A DNA stretch of 64,000 nucleotides from Octopus sinensis (taxonomy: Eukaryota), in contig NC_042997.1 in the NCBI RefSeq assembly GCF_006345805.1, forward strand, positions 116,250,001 through 116,314,000, written 5' to 3'. How positions within the stretch are numbered: the first letter of the stretch is position 1; each line of letters starts with the position of its first letter. Shown here in pieces: positions 1 to 12,958 of this stretch. A model generated the notes under the pieces. It made no database searches. It saw only the letters and a list, made by a program, of their open reading frames with translations, and was not told the origin of the DNA. The translations under genes and the position numbers were made by a program.

Positions 1-302
1 AATGATAGCAAAAGGAGCTGATTGCTACCTAGCTCAGATACCAGGAAACACCCAAATGGCAGAAATTCAAAAGATAGTGCTCATGGGAACTGCTCATTTC
101 GTACGCAAAATATTTTCTATGTAATGTCAAGTTTTAAAACAAACATAATTTTCTTATGGTTTCTCTAGAACAACACTAAGTACAAAACCAAATATATGAC
201 ACCCTAGGCATAATACCAACATGAACTTCCAATTTGTTGTCTCTTGAGGTCTCTGGGTGAGACTTGGAGCCAACTTGTACCAATACAAAGTAAAAGTCAA
301 AC

Positions 303-303
<1 letters not shown>
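1..303 (+). mobile_element. 3' end of an R4/Dong-like RLE non-LTR retrotransposon (family 2), followed by (TAA)n
   Basis: 2..124 translates MIAKGADCYLAQIPGNTQMAEIQKIVLMGTAHFVRKIFSM*, matching the C-terminal IQK.ALLGTAHILRR motif of the Dong-like copies at 14.3-16.1 kb and 60-62 kb. A different 3' UTR runs into (TAA)n at ~304-350. Confidence 0.8.
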
Positions 304-353
<50 letters not shown>

Positions 354-714
354 CACTTTGATCACCGAGTAAAAGATTCATTCCCTACGCAGCTTTCGTA
401 AAATTTGGCTTTCCATCTTATTCTTTTGATAATATCCCTCTCTTTTATATATTGTTCGTTGCCTGCAAATATTATTAGAGGATGTCAGGATAATCTTCAT
501 GGATATACAAATGTGTATTTATTGTGCCTAAACCAATTATTTTCTTTTAAAATTCAATGTGATCGATTATATAGAAACTGTATGTTGTCCCTTAACTTTT
601 GAACAGAGACGGCTTCAATATCATCTACAGCTGATATACATCTGTAACGTAATAATAAACAAACTTCTAAATGGCACCATAATAATAAACAAGTAGCCAT
701 ATATAATTTCATGA

Positions 715-1020
715 TTACCTGGACCGATCCACTTGAGGGCAAATATTTAAGTAACTTTCAAATTGTTTTGATAACCATAAGTACTCTTTCAAGAACGAGG
801 AACAAAGAAACACCACATCCTCACTCAGATATATATGGAAATAAAAAAATCCGAAGCCACCTGGTTAATCATCGAACATATCATAGCCTTCATGAACGCA
901 GCAAGGGAATGTTGAATTATGCGCTACAGAGCAATATCATATAAACATCGAACAAACCAATACTTTAAGAAAAACGGGAACAATGTTCAAATAACGTCGC
1001 AAGAACAAATTACACGGTAA
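715..1020 (+). pseudogene. Decayed Penelope-like element GIY-YIG/C-terminal fragment (Naiad-like signature)
   Basis: Frame-broken translation gives PLEGKYLSN ... DNHKYSFKNEEQRNTTSSLRYIWK* ... ELCATEQYHI. This resembles the CPLxGxCL ... NHKxSF ... TxLSKYIWxLK ... CxLCxxEK pattern of PLE endonuclease C-termini (motif recalled, not searched). Confidence 0.6.
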
Positions 1021-1149
1021 ATCACAACAAAATAAACGAAAGTATATAAAATACGCGTACTGGATATCGTAATATCCAAAGGAGCGCCAAACTGTAAAAT
1101 GGAAGTTCTAAACACAAGCTCTCACGTGTCACTGGACGCTTCTATTATT

Positions 1150-1487
1150 CAGTTGCACTACGTGTCATCTTGGGCAAGTATCTTCTACTATAATATCAGG
1201 CAAAGTCTTTTGCGTGGCTTATATGGTAGACGGAAACTGAAAGAAGCCCGTCGAGTATATATATATATATATATATTATATTGTGTGCCTTTGTCTCTGT
1301 GTTTGTTCCCTGCCACCACTTGACAACCGGTGTTGGTGTGTTAACGTCCCCATAACTTAGCGGTTTGGCAAAATAAGTACCAGGCTTAAAAATAAGAACT
1401 GGGGTCGATGTATTCGACTAAAGGTTTTTCAAGGCGGTGCTCCATTATGGCTGCAGTCTAATGACTGAAACAATTAAAAGATAAAAA
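1150..1487 (+). mobile_element. SINE family B (CORE-type tRNA SINE), head-truncated
   Basis: tcttgggcaagtatcttctactata ... ggtagacggaaactgaaagaagcccgtcg-(TA)n-...ggggtcgatgtattcgact...ggcggtgctcc...gactgaaac, colinear with the full copy at 18289-18696. Confidence 0.85.
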
Positions 1488-1977
1488 CGCACACACACAC
1501 ACACACAGATATATATACACACATACATACATGCATATATATATTTATGTATTTATATATATATACACACACACACTAATATATATATATATACACAAAT
1601 ATATAATTATAAAGATATAACTATAATATAGGGTGCCGATAAACAGCACCAAAGTGCTAGATATAGACGCCAAATCGCGCTAAAACCATATCTTGTACTC
1701 CGTTAGCATAAGTTGAAAGTGAGAGAATGAATTAAAAAAAAATTTTAAGGGTTAATTACAGATCGACTTCTAGTGTAGAGATTTCTGCCGTCTTTAGTAT
1801 AATATGCCTCACAGTGCATAAATACAAATATTCATATATACCCATACGAATAATGCATATCCACACGTATATACTAGTTAATTATATCTTCATAATTATA
1901 TATTAGTATTAATTGTTACCTATATGGTATTTATTTCATGCTGGCCACTTGATAAAATCTCTATAATGATTTTATCC

Positions 1978-2055
<78 letters not shown>

Positions 2056-2094
2056 GTCTATCGTCTGTCTGTCTGTCCTGTCTATCTATCTCTG

Positions 2095-2151
<57 letters not shown>

Positions 2152-2339
2152 CATTCATCATACACACATTAATAGTAATCACACACACATTAATAGTAAT
2201 CACACACATTAACAGATTGATCCTCCGCTGATGATATTTGCCAGGTCACTGATCCAGCAATTTAGAACATGGTTCATCTGAATAGTTTTTAAACATCAAG
2301 AAAGCATTTGGTTGAATTTTATACACTTTGTGCGAGGCA

Positions 2340-2715
2340 GATGACTGGGTGTTTCATTAAATACGTTATATATTCTTGGCCAGAAAGTGCGGGAAGAAAG
2401 CGGTGATGTCTGAGTATAGCGACGCAAGGCTTGTTCTCACTGCGATACGCTTATCGATGGGGACGGCTCAAACGGCGATGGAAATATCCAAGCCAGGAAA
2501 AGCATGATGAGCAGATATTCGGAATGAGAGAATTCGAGAACGGAGTGAACGATGTGATAGCAGAATACCGAAAGCACAAGTTCCTCCGAGCCGGACATGT
2601 CATATGGTACATGGACAACAGGCTGACCCATGCAGTTGACGAGTGGTACCCAAGAGATCAGAAAAGGGCACTTGTAAGGCCTCCAAGACAGTGGGAAGAC
2701 GATTTAGTAAATTGA
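2340..2715 (+). pseudogene. RTE-clade LINE, 3' ORF fragment
   Basis: ORF 2431-2715 ends RAGHVIWYMDNRLTHAVDEWYPRDQKRALVRPPRQWEDDL, the typical RTE C-terminal WAGHVxR..D.RW....EW.PR..KR..GRP..RW.DD motif. Confidence 0.8.
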
Positions 2716-3061
2716 TTTTCATCAAGTTACTTCAATGTGATCCTTCTTGAATTGTGGTCATGTCAATAACTTTTAAGAATGGATAACATTTAAAGAATAA
2801 CTTTATATATATATAAGGTGGGTTACGTGCGTGCCTACGTGTGTATTTGAGCGTGTGTGTTTGTGCATGTGTGTGTCCGCGTGTGTGTTGTGTGTGTGGT
2901 GTATGTATTATATACATATTATATTTGTCAATTTGTCTGTAAAATTATTTTTTATTATAACATAAAAACAAACATTAATGTCTATCTACCTATCATCTAT
3001 CTATCTATCTATCTATCTATCATCTATCTATCATCTATCTATCTATCTCTATCTATCTATC

Positions 3062-3092
<31 letters not shown>

Positions 3093-3096
3093 CTCT

Positions 3097-3151
<55 letters not shown>

Positions 3152-3152
3152 A

Positions 3153-3218
<66 letters not shown>

Positions 3219-3348
3219 TCTGTGTGCGTGTCCTTCATTATTATTAAGCTGCAAAAAGATCACAAAAATATCACAAAAAACTGCAATTCAGTTTCACGTT
3301 TTCTTTCGTTGGAAAGCTTAGATTGTTTTACATTTTTCTGCTTACTTT

Positions 3349-3421
<73 letters not shown>

Positions 3422-3821
3422 GATAAATATACATTACATGCATACATACATACATACGTATGTTTCGGAATAGGTACTGTGTACACGTGTACTTGGCAGT
3501 GACATTGAATTTTATACAATGGTAATTATTGAGTTCATGTTATTGTATAATGGCCATTTTGTCTAACGCGTCTTCAATTCTTTATACGATGCCATGGTGC
3601 GTGAGTTGATGAATGTTTTCTGTGTTTAATAACAATAACAACAACGACGACGATGATGATGATGATGTTGTTGTTGTTGATGATGATGATTCTCATGTTG
3701 GCCAGAGACCAGTTATGACAGGAAAAGTATAATGAATTAAAGGAACTATAACGATCTCGTTATTTGATTGGGTCTGATTTTATTGATATTTTATCGATAT
3801 TATATGCCTACATCATATTTG

Positions 3822-4185
3822 TAGTCTGTGTGGTAAGTCGTTTGCTTCTGCAGCATATGGTTATGGGTCCCGTCCCTCCGTATGACAGCATGGGCAAGTG
3901 TCCTCTACTATAGCCTCAGTCAACTAAAGCCCCGTGAGTGGATTCGGTAAACGGAAACTGAAAGAAGCGCGTAGTATATGTGTGTGTGTGTATCATTCTG
4001 TTTTTGTTTGTCTCCATCACCGTTTGACAACCGGTATTGTTATGTTTACGTTCGGCAGTAGTTCGGCAAAAGAGACCAGGCTTACAAAGAAAATAACTAT
4101 TGGACTCGATTCGTTTAACTAAAATTCCTCAATGCAGTGCCACACCATGACCGTAATCTTATGAGTGAAATAAGTAAAAGATAAA
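3822..4185 (+). mobile_element. SINE family B, diverged
   Basis: Colinear with 18289-18696 (head gtctgtgtggtaag, gggcaagtgtc, ggaaactgaaagaag, 3' tail). Confidence 0.8.
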
Positions 4186-4292
4186 AAAATTATATATATA
4201 TGTATATATAATATATTATACATACACACATACACACACACACACACAACACACACACACACACACATACACCACAACACACACACCACACA

Positions 4293-4350
<58 letters not shown>

Positions 4351-4964
4351 TATATACTACACACAATACACATATATGCATATATGGGTACAGGACGCCA
4401 CCAACTGTGCAAACCACATGAAATATGTAAACAAACGAGTTAAATTGTTACCTATATAGTTTTGAAAAATGCTAAAATCATTGTACTACACTGATAATTT
4501 TCATATCTTGGCATCTGAAGCAGCTGGAGATACGACAGTTTGACCAAAAGAACTAGCTATTGCAAGCAAAAGTAAATATTGAAAAGAAACAAAAGAAACA
4601 TTTGGCCAAATTTGGACATACGACAGTTTAACATATTAGCAACGATATGTGTGTGTGTGTATGTATGTATGTATGTATGTATGTATGTATGTATGTATGT
4701 ATGTATGTATGTATCTCAAAAGTTGGACAAAAAGAACATAACAAAGGGTTAACAAGACAGAAAGGAGATACACGGACCATTTGCAGTAGATTTCCTCTTC
4801 AGTCGGTTTCAGGGAAGTCATTATAGTTTCGCACCTCTTTATACCGAGACTATTCGAAACCAGCAGGTGCCAGGCATTTAAGATAAAAGCATTAAGCCTC
4901 TGGGAAAAGGAAGCGAATGTATACAAGAACAAAACAAGAATGGGTGCACAAACGAGAAAGTTAG

Positions 4965-5230
4965 AATTATACACATACAACAGAACGCCTTTCGGCTATA
5001 CGGCGGACGGAAAATAACTGTACATTTACAAATACGAATAATTAAATAACAGAAAGGGACTATCGACTATCGGAGGAAGATAACGTTAGCGTAAGAGAAA
5101 AAAACATACGTATACAATGGACAAACGCCTTTCGGCTAAACAACAAAAGGAAAATGATTGCAACGTAAGTAAATGACAGAAAAGGTTTTTTCGACTATCA
5201 GACAAACGTAGTAGGCTAGAGAAAGGGGAA
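4965..5230. repeat. Diverged ~140-bp tandem duplication
   Basis: aacgcctttcggcta ... ggaaaat ... acagaaa ... tcgactatc ... agagaaa occurs twice in the same order (from ~4984 and ~5124). Confidence 0.6.
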
Positions 5231-5244
5231 AAAAATGAAAAATC

Positions 5245-5373
5245 TTACCAACCACATAGTTCCGGGTTCATTCCCACTGTGTGGCACCTTGAGCAAATGT
5301 CTTCTACTATAGCCTCGGGTCGACCAAAGCCTTGTGAATGGATTTGGTAGACGAAAACTGAAAGAAGCCCGTC

Positions 5374-5378
<5 letters not shown>
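5245..5378 (+). mobile_element. SINE family B, 5' half
   Basis: cttaccaaccacatagttccgggttcattcccactgtgtggcaccttgagcaaatgtc...gaaagaagcccgtcg. Confidence 0.85.
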
Positions 5379-5412
<34 letters not shown>

Positions 5413-5548
5413 CGCAGCCCTCATACGTTTTTGCCAGTATATTATATACACAGTAAAGTTTTACTATAGTGTTGCAAATTACTATTTCCAGTAAACATCG
5501 GTTCCTTATTGTACACTGCTCTCTCTCTCTCTATCTCCTCTCTCTGTA

Positions 5549-5594
<46 letters not shown>

Positions 5595-5595
<1 letters not shown>

Positions 5596-5885
5596 AAATT
5601 AAATAATAAGGGTAGAAATTGATATTAATCAATTAAAACCAGTGGCTTAGCATATTTAAAAAATCCGAAGATTTAAAAATTGTGTTACATACAAAACTGA
5701 GAGGAATGATGACCAGTAAAGTGGACACCTAATATGCTAAACATAGATGTCAAATCACCATTATCACGAAGACTGTGTTCTCAGCGTTTTGCTGAGATTT
5801 TTCTTGAGAACACACTCTTCGTGGTAATGGCGATTTGACGTCTATGTTTAGCATATTAGGTGTCCACTTTACTCGTCATTCCACT
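5595..5885 (-). mobile_element. Fold-back PLE-type insertion in (TA)n (inverted pseudo-LTR plus tail)
   Basis: ~80-bp inverted arms 5703-5783 / 5805-5882 with ~5 mismatches. The ~100-bp tail shares ataagggt.gaaa...atcaatta..acca.gt...gcata with the tail at 32135-32232. (TA)n on both sides. Confidence 0.7.
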
Positions 5886-7917
5886 TAATTTCGTATCTAT
5901 CTATCTATATATAAGATTATGCATGAGTTACTTCTAGTGTCGTCTCTTGATAAATCTTTAGTCTCGGTAAAAATTTACAAGTCTAATTATGTGTACAAAA
6001 AAAAAGAGAAAGAAATGAATTAATGTTATATTTATTTTGGTATTTTGGGATATAATACGATCGTAACTCTTAAAGGACAAGAATAAGTTCTTTCCTTTCT
6101 CTGTACATTACAATCAACTGTAATAAACAAAATACAAAATACATAAATACATTTCGATAAAGAAAGGTGAAGAGGCAAGCTAGAAGTGGGTAAGAGAAGA
6201 AAAAAAGAGAAGATAAAGGTTATTGTGAAAAATGTAAATTGTGTGAGTTATAAGGTCATTCATATGTGTACGCACATACATACTTACGTACACACATGTG
6301 TACATACATTCATACATACATGCATACATACATACATACATACATACATACATACATACATACATACATAACATACACATACGTATATACATATATGTGT
6401 GCGTGCTTTAAATTCATGTATGATTAGTAAAGATGTCTGCAAACTGCATTATACAGTGTACAGGTAAGCGATTATTTGTAGTTATAGCTGATCAGTAGTG
6501 ATGGTATGACCCAGTTATGTAATAGGTGTTTCTCGCAGTGTCTACATTTTCTGAAATTTTTGGACTTTGTGTTTAAATAGAGTTCAGTGCTGCGCTGTGT
6601 TTCAAGGACGTTGTTTTTCTCAGCTGTGCAATGATCACAATTATTTTCATTTATTCTGTAAAGAGATGATCTTTCAAAATCTTCTATTTGGCTTATAAAC
6701 GGAAATATTTCCTTCTCCTTACCATATGCAGTTGAATATTTTATATTTCTTTTTCGATGTGTCTGGAATGGGAAATATGGTTGTAGCATCACTTTATGAA
6801 CTTTCCTTTGGTCATTCTTATGTAGCTTTTATCTACCACGTCCAGGTTTAGCTTAGCTTTGAAAGAAATGGTTATGAAATAAATTGAAAGATATCTATCA
6901 ACAAACACCAAAGTAAATTCTAGGTGTTCAATGGACCGTTACTTAGTTAAATGTCCATTCTTCTGTCTTATAATCTACGATACCGACTTAAAACTATTTT
7001 CTGTAATAAAACTGAAAATTTCCACATTTTTCATCGATTAATCGCAATTTCTAATATCTGCTGCAATAAAATTCCTGGCAGATTCAACATCGCTATTGTT
7101 ATATCATTCATCAACAATTAATGTCTTGTCGCCAAATGACCTGAGAATGGAATGAAGATATGTGTAATTTGTGAAGTTGGTTTCGCGGGGGAATGGCATC
7201 AATCATTCGATAGTGAAGGCCTTGTCTTGATTAAACGAAGATCGGTTAAATCTTCATAATAATCGGTCTGACTAACTGAACAGACAGAATAACAACAGAA
7301 AGCAAAACAAGAACAAACATGGTTAATTTTATAATTTTATAATTTTGTTCTGCATTGTCAAAACTGAAATGGTGTTATGACAACTTTGCTATTGTTGAAG
7401 CTGTTGTAATTGCTGTTAATTTGTTGTTGTTGTTGTGGTGTTGTTGTTGTTGCTGTGGTTATAGCAGAAGTTGTTTGTGGTAGTGGCGTCCCTGTTGTAG
7501 TAGTAATGGCTGCTGTAGTTGCTGTTGTTGGTGGTGGCGGCGGTTGTGGTGTTGCTGCTGTAGTTATTGTTTTTGTGGTTGTTGGTTTCGTGTTCGTTGT
7601 TGCGGTGGTTTTTTAACCCCATCCCATATCAACTCTGACCGAGCCGATTTGTAATCAAAGTAGCACCAGACGTGACCATCCCATCGTTTTGTATGATGAG
7701 AGTGTGTTTGGTTGTTTGTTGCTGCTGTTACTTTTTAGCCCCAGGTCAGTTCTGATTAAGCAGACCTATGACCAAAAACGGCCATTACGTGCATTTTTAA
7801 AACATTGTTTATCCAGGACTGCATCATCCAGTGTATCACTTTCCTTCTCAAAGAGATCTGACTGCTATTTTTAGCAGGCCAATAGACCACCTATTAACTT
7901 TGAGGGTCAATAAATTC

Positions 7918-8200
7918 TTTGATTCCTTCCTTCCTTCCTTCTTTCTTTCTTTCTTTCTTTCTTCGTTTCTTTCTTCCTTCCTTCCTTTGTTTCTTTCTTT
8001 CTTCCTTTGTTTCTTTCTTTCTTCCTTCCTTCCTTTCTCTCTTTCTTCCTTCCTTCCTTCCTTTCTTCCTTTCTTTCTTTCTTTCTTCTTTTTTTTTCGT
8101 ATCTTTCTTCCTTGCTTCCTTCCTTTCTTCCTTTCTTCCTTTGTTTCTTTCTTTCTTCCTTCCTTTCTTCCTTCCTTCCTTTCTTTCTTTCTTTCTGTTT
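7918..8200. repeat. (TTCC)n/(TTTC)n polypyrimidine microsatellite
   Basis: Directly visible. It accounts for the ORFs listed between 7831 and 8325. Confidence 0.95.
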
Positions 8201-8619
8201 CTCCCCCCTCTCTCCACCTTCACCTTCACCTTTCTCAGTGGATCTCGAAGCAGTTTTTGATGAGTTTAAAAGAAATAGCGTCTTCTCCCAGTACAACTTC
8301 TTTTATCAGAACCACAAAACAGTAAAACGAAGGCCAGCTGATAGCCGAATCTGTCCAACACTTAGTAATACCTATTTGACAGATTCAATCTGTATCACTC
8401 ACCGTATTTATTTTTCCAAGGTCACTTTGCAACATTCGAGTAATTCAGTCAGAACTTGTGAAACATCTGGAAATGCCTGAATAGATTTTTGACGCTTTTA
8501 CATCCTCATCACTTGTCTGAAATTCCCACACATTCCCAGAGTGAGTTGAAGATTGTATTTCAGGAGCCCACGAACACTAACGAGCTATATTTATGACCCT
8601 GAAGGACTAACATTGGTTT

Positions 8620-8860
8620 CATATTTTAGTTCAAAGCTAGCAACATCGGGAGAGGTGGAAAGCCGATTACATCGACCCCAGTGCTCAACGGCTACTTATT
8701 TTATTGACCCCCAGCGTTCAACTAGTACTTATTTTATCGACCCTCAAAGGATGAAAGAAAAAGTCGACTTAGGCGGAATTTGAACTCAGAACATAACGAC
8801 AGACGAAATATCGCTAAGCATTTTGCCTGGCGTACTAACCATTCTGCTAGATCGTCGCCT
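8620..8860 (-). mobile_element. SINE family A (tRNA head plus Meta-like central domain)
   Basis: Reverse complement reads ggcgacgatctagcagaatggttag...gagttcaaattccgcc...gact...tttcatcctttgagggtcgataaaataagtac. Confidence 0.85.
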
Positions 8861-8891
8861 TATTAAGGAGTAATATTGATAGTAATATTGA

Positions 8892-8966
<75 letters not shown>

Positions 8967-10225
8967 CGGTAGTAATTGTAGTAGTTGTTGCTGTTGTCGT
9001 TGTTGGTGTTGTTGTCTTGGCTGTTGTTTGACACCGAACATCAAAACTTCCTACACGTCAAGCTTTACTTGTTAAATCGGTATTACATTGGTTAGCATAA
9101 TAAACATGGTTCTTTATTGGAACTTCTTCTCTATAGAATTTACCTCCTGAATGTGTTTTCTCAAAACCTTTGAATAACGTGTAATATACTTCAAATAGCA
9201 GGCTCTATTCATACCATTTCAACAATTCTTCTTCTGAAGTTATGCAAACACCAAACCGCTCACTGGCTTTTACTTTCTTGGAACACGAAACACTAAGAGT
9301 CTAGGTTGTCTTCCGTTTATAGTTGAAGCTAGGGAATGTTAATATTAATGTTCACTAGACTGGAATCTGAGTTGCTCTTCACAACAAACTGTTTAAGTCA
9401 TTCAAAACAATAGATGTAGTGATGGCGCTGAATAGGTAGCTGTGTGGACGCAGATCACTTTGAAACGATGCTGTTTTGGTTTCAATCCCACTGCATGTGT
9501 GTTTTATCATATCCTTGCGAGTGAAAATGTGAAATAAAACAACTATATGGAAGTCAGTCGCAGAAGAAAAGAGAAGTCCTGCTTTCAGGTGCTAGCTTTA
9601 ATCTCTCATCCAGATTAACACCGCTACTTCCACCCTGGATGTTTTAGCGGTCATCACACTATTGCAAGCATTCTTATGAGGGTTTCAGTCTTAAAATGAC
9701 ATCGTCCCTTTCTTCTACTAGTTTCCGAAGCCTGGAAAAAGGTTATAGGTGGAGGGTTTTTCCCTTCGAATGCTAGATCTTCGTTGTTGTACGATAAAGA
9801 TTCAGTTAATCAATATATCGAATAACCTGCTATTTGAAGTTGGTCTGTTAGTTTTCCACAACCACTTGTACCCTCAGCGCAATTTTCGGGCATAATCATC
9901 ATGACACTGAAAATGACGAAGCTGTACCTTTTTTAATTACTGGTACAATTAATTCGGTGAGTTTGATTGCAGTTTCCATCGACTTAATTTCACTCACAAC
10001 GTATATTAGTCAACTTAAAGCTACAGAAAACATCTGTTCAACAGAATACCTTGCACCGGGACCAAAACTCGGAGCAACGTGGTTGTGAAGTGACCTTCTT
10101 GACCATTCGGCCATACTGGCTCCACCCTTATCTGAGCGATGGCGGTGGGGATGGTTCTCCGTCGTTCGATGATGACAATTCAGCTGCTTGATTAAACCAA
10201 AAGCTATAATTACAACGCAATAAAA

Positions 10226-10825
10226 TTCTTTTCTTTTCTACTCTAGGCACAAGCCCCGGATTTTTGGGGGATGGGGCCAGTTGATTAGATCGACCCCAGC
10301 TGGTACGCAGCTGGTGCTTAATTTATCAACCCCAAAAGGATGAAAGGTGAAGTCGACCTCGGTGGAATTTGAACTCAGAACGTAAAGACAGACGAAATAC
10401 CTATTTCTTTACTACCCACAAGGGGCTAACACAGAGAGGACAAACAAGGACCGACAAACAGATTAAGTCGATTATATCGACCGCAGTACGCAACTGGTAC
10501 TTAATTTATCGACCCCGAAATGATGAAAGACAAAGTCGACCTCGGCGGAATTTGAACTCAGAACGTAGCGGCAGACGAAATACCTATTTTTATTTCTTTA
10601 CTACCCACAAGGGGCTAAACACAGAGGAGACAAACAAGGACAGACAGACGGACTGATTAAGTCGATTATATCGACCCAGTGCGTAACTGGTACTTAATTT
10701 ATCGACCCCGAAAGGATGAAAGGCAAAGCCGACCTCGGCGAAATTTGAACTCAGAACGTAGCACCAGACGAAATACCGCTAAGCATTTTGCCCGGTATGC
10801 TAACGTTTCTGCCAGCTCACCGCCT
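10226..10825 (-). mobile_element. SINE family A trimer (one head plus three body units)
   Basis: One ggcggtgagctggcagaaacgttagc head, then three ~185-bp units each starting ggtatttcgtctg. Units 1-2 end ...cccttgtgggtagtaaagaaata, unit 3 ends ...gtgcctagagtagaaaag. Confidence 0.9.
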
Positions 10826-11044
10826 TACAACACAATAATATTGTGTTTGTAATTGCCTTGACAGCTGACGACGCAAAGAGTGTTAGACACAAAAACTATA
10901 ACTGCTCCATAACAATATCTGTCAGTGTAAACAGTGTTTTAATGGATAACCGGAGAACATTGAAAATTACTTTAAATCTTTTCAAAATATTTTTCTTGCT
11001 TCTTTGTTGTTGATTGTCTTTAAACAAAGCAGAAATGTTTTCTT

Positions 11045-11260
11045 TTAAATTCTTTTATTTGTTTCGGTCATTGCTCTTTGGGGCCATGCTGGGGCACCAC
11101 TTTGGAGGGTTTTGGTCGAATACATCGACCCTAGGATTTACTTTTTAAGTCGAGCACTTATTCTATCAATCTCTTTTACCGGACTGCTAGGTTACAGAGA
11201 CGCAAGTAAAACAAAACGAGGTATCAAGTGGTGGAGTGGGAGCAACCAGTCACAGAGAGA
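11045..11260 (-). mobile_element. SINE family B, 3' half, diverged
   Basis: ttttatttgtttcggtcatt...ggccatgctggggcacc...gtcgaatacatcgaccc. Confidence 0.75.
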
Positions 11261-11491
11261 CATACACGCGCGCGCATACACACACACACACATAATTAAG
11301 GAAATAAAGAAAGAGGTTAACACATCGTTAATGATTAGTTACAATTGTTTCAGTATTGTCTCTGTCCTCACACCATTGCTGCAAAAGTTCCGTGTGAATA
11401 TATATATATTATATATATATATATCGTATATACATACATACATATATATATATATATTTATCGTATATACATACATACATACATATATATA

Positions 11492-11539
<48 letters not shown>

Positions 11540-11689
11540 TACGATATAGTGTATATTTAAACACATAGAGAATCCACTTATAGGGATTCTACGCATTAGA
11601 AAGAACAGCTAAGTTCTATGACCACAAAAAAATCGGATAAAATTCGACAGGAATAAATTTGGAAATGAAAAACATTTACCATCTAGTTT

Positions 11690-11763
11690 CCTAGACCAAT
11701 TAGTTTCTAATCATCTTTTAGCGAGTCATGGAGAACTCACAAGGTTTGATTTTCTTCAGAAGG
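11690..11763 (-). ncRNA. Type I hammerhead ribozyme motif (stem I mismatched copy)
   Basis: cctt-CUGAAGA-aaauca...ugauua-GAAAC-uaauug-GUC-uagg. Confidence 0.65.
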
Positions 11764-12194
11764 TCCAACTTAGTGTTAAACATATCCACACAAGACAATC
11801 AAGGCTACCTGTCTCGTGTTTATACGAACTAACTTTCCAAATTTACTGCGCAGACGCAGTCCTTCGTTGGCTACAATAAAAAACTGCCAACTTATTAACC
11901 GAAAATTATCCAAAAACTTACAGTATTTAATCATATCAAAGGGAAATGGAATTTAATTAAAATTAAAAACATTCAATTAAAATTTACATTTCCAGTGGTC
12001 TAACGCGTAAAAAATTTTTAGTCAAAAAACTATATATTAGTCATACGATATAGTATATATTTAAACTCATAGAGAATCCACTTATAGAGATTCTACGCAT
12101 TAGAAAGAACAGCTAAGTTCTATGACCTCAACAAATTCGGGATAAAATTCGACAGGAATAAATTTGGAAATGAAAAACATTTATCATCTAGTTT

Positions 12195-12268
12195 CCTGGA
12201 CCAATTGGTTTCTAATCATCTTTTAGCGAGTCATGGAGAACTCACAAGGTTTGATTTTCTTCAGCAGG
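12195..12268 (-). ncRNA. Type I hammerhead ribozyme motif, apparently intact
   Basis: Stem I ccug/cagg, core CUGAAGA, stem II aauca/ugauu with an internal hairpin in loop II, GAAA, palindromic stem III ACCAAUUGGU, GUC cleavage triplet. Confidence 0.8.
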
Positions 12269-12475
12269 TCCAACCTAGTGTTAAACATATGTGTATGTAT
12301 GTATTTATGTAAGTCTATTTTATTTTTTTAATTATTATAAATCTACCTCTGAGGAGGGAGCCGGTTTCCAACAAAGATATAAGGCTCCATCTTTGGGATG
12401 TAGTTAACACAAACAAATTCACATTTGGAACTTGAGAAAAGTCTTGCATATTTTTACTGTTCCACTCACAAATTG

Positions 12476-12530
12476 CAGCTCACCGACTTTTTGCCAGCTC
12501 ACCGACTTTTTGCCAGCTCACCGACTTTTT
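12476..12530. repeat. 19-bp tandem repeat, ~3 copies
   Basis: cagctcaccgactttttgc x ~2.9, perfect. Confidence 0.9.
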
Positions 12531-12875
12531 ATTGGACTATATTAAAGAACACGTTAATGGTGTTGTTGCCAGTTCCAAATATTTGCACAAAAGGAACAAA
12601 TAATCCTGTTTTTCTTATGCTATTTGATCTAGCTGGAAGCCATTTTGCTTTCAGCTTATTGACGTAATCATGAAACCACTTAACCACTGGGGGTTTATAA
12701 AAAGAGCGAGGATTATAGGCAGCACTATATAACACAATAGAGGGTAGAATTCTATGAAGGCGTGTAAACAGTAAATTAACATAAACCAGGGAAATAATTC
12801 ACCGAAAGGAGGCTTCCGAGGGTTGCTCGTGGAAACCCCACATTATTATTTTATTACCAATACATCTAAAACATC

Positions 12876-12943
<68 letters not shown>

Positions 12944-12958
12944 TGATGATGATGATGA

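Larger units (their letters stand above)
11537..12290 (-). mobile_element. PLE remnant with direct ~250-bp pseudo-LTR repeats, each holding a hammerhead
   Basis: 11537-11785 and 12041-12290 are near-identical direct repeats. The module is homologous to 26272-26402 (tcata...gtgta.atttaaac...tagaa.gaacagctaa) and abuts (TA)n. Confidence 0.8.

Noticed and set aside
2228-2275. CTGATGA hammerhead-like core
   Set aside because: GAAA is incomplete (GAAC) and there is no stem I.
4770-4830. CTGAAGA on the minus strand near GAAA
   Set aside because: No consistent stems II and III could be drawn.
6472-6792. 106-aa minus-strand ORF with CxxC pairs
   Set aside because: GTG start, no recognisable family, no splice signals framing it. 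It may lie in a 3' UTR.
6428-8546. Plus-strand splice model (donor CAG|GTAAGC at ~6463 to acceptor at ~8238) giving MSANCIIQCTVDLEAVFDEF...
   Set aside because: Frame match is a one-in-three coincidence, the pyrimidine tract is a microsatellite, and I recognise no homolog.
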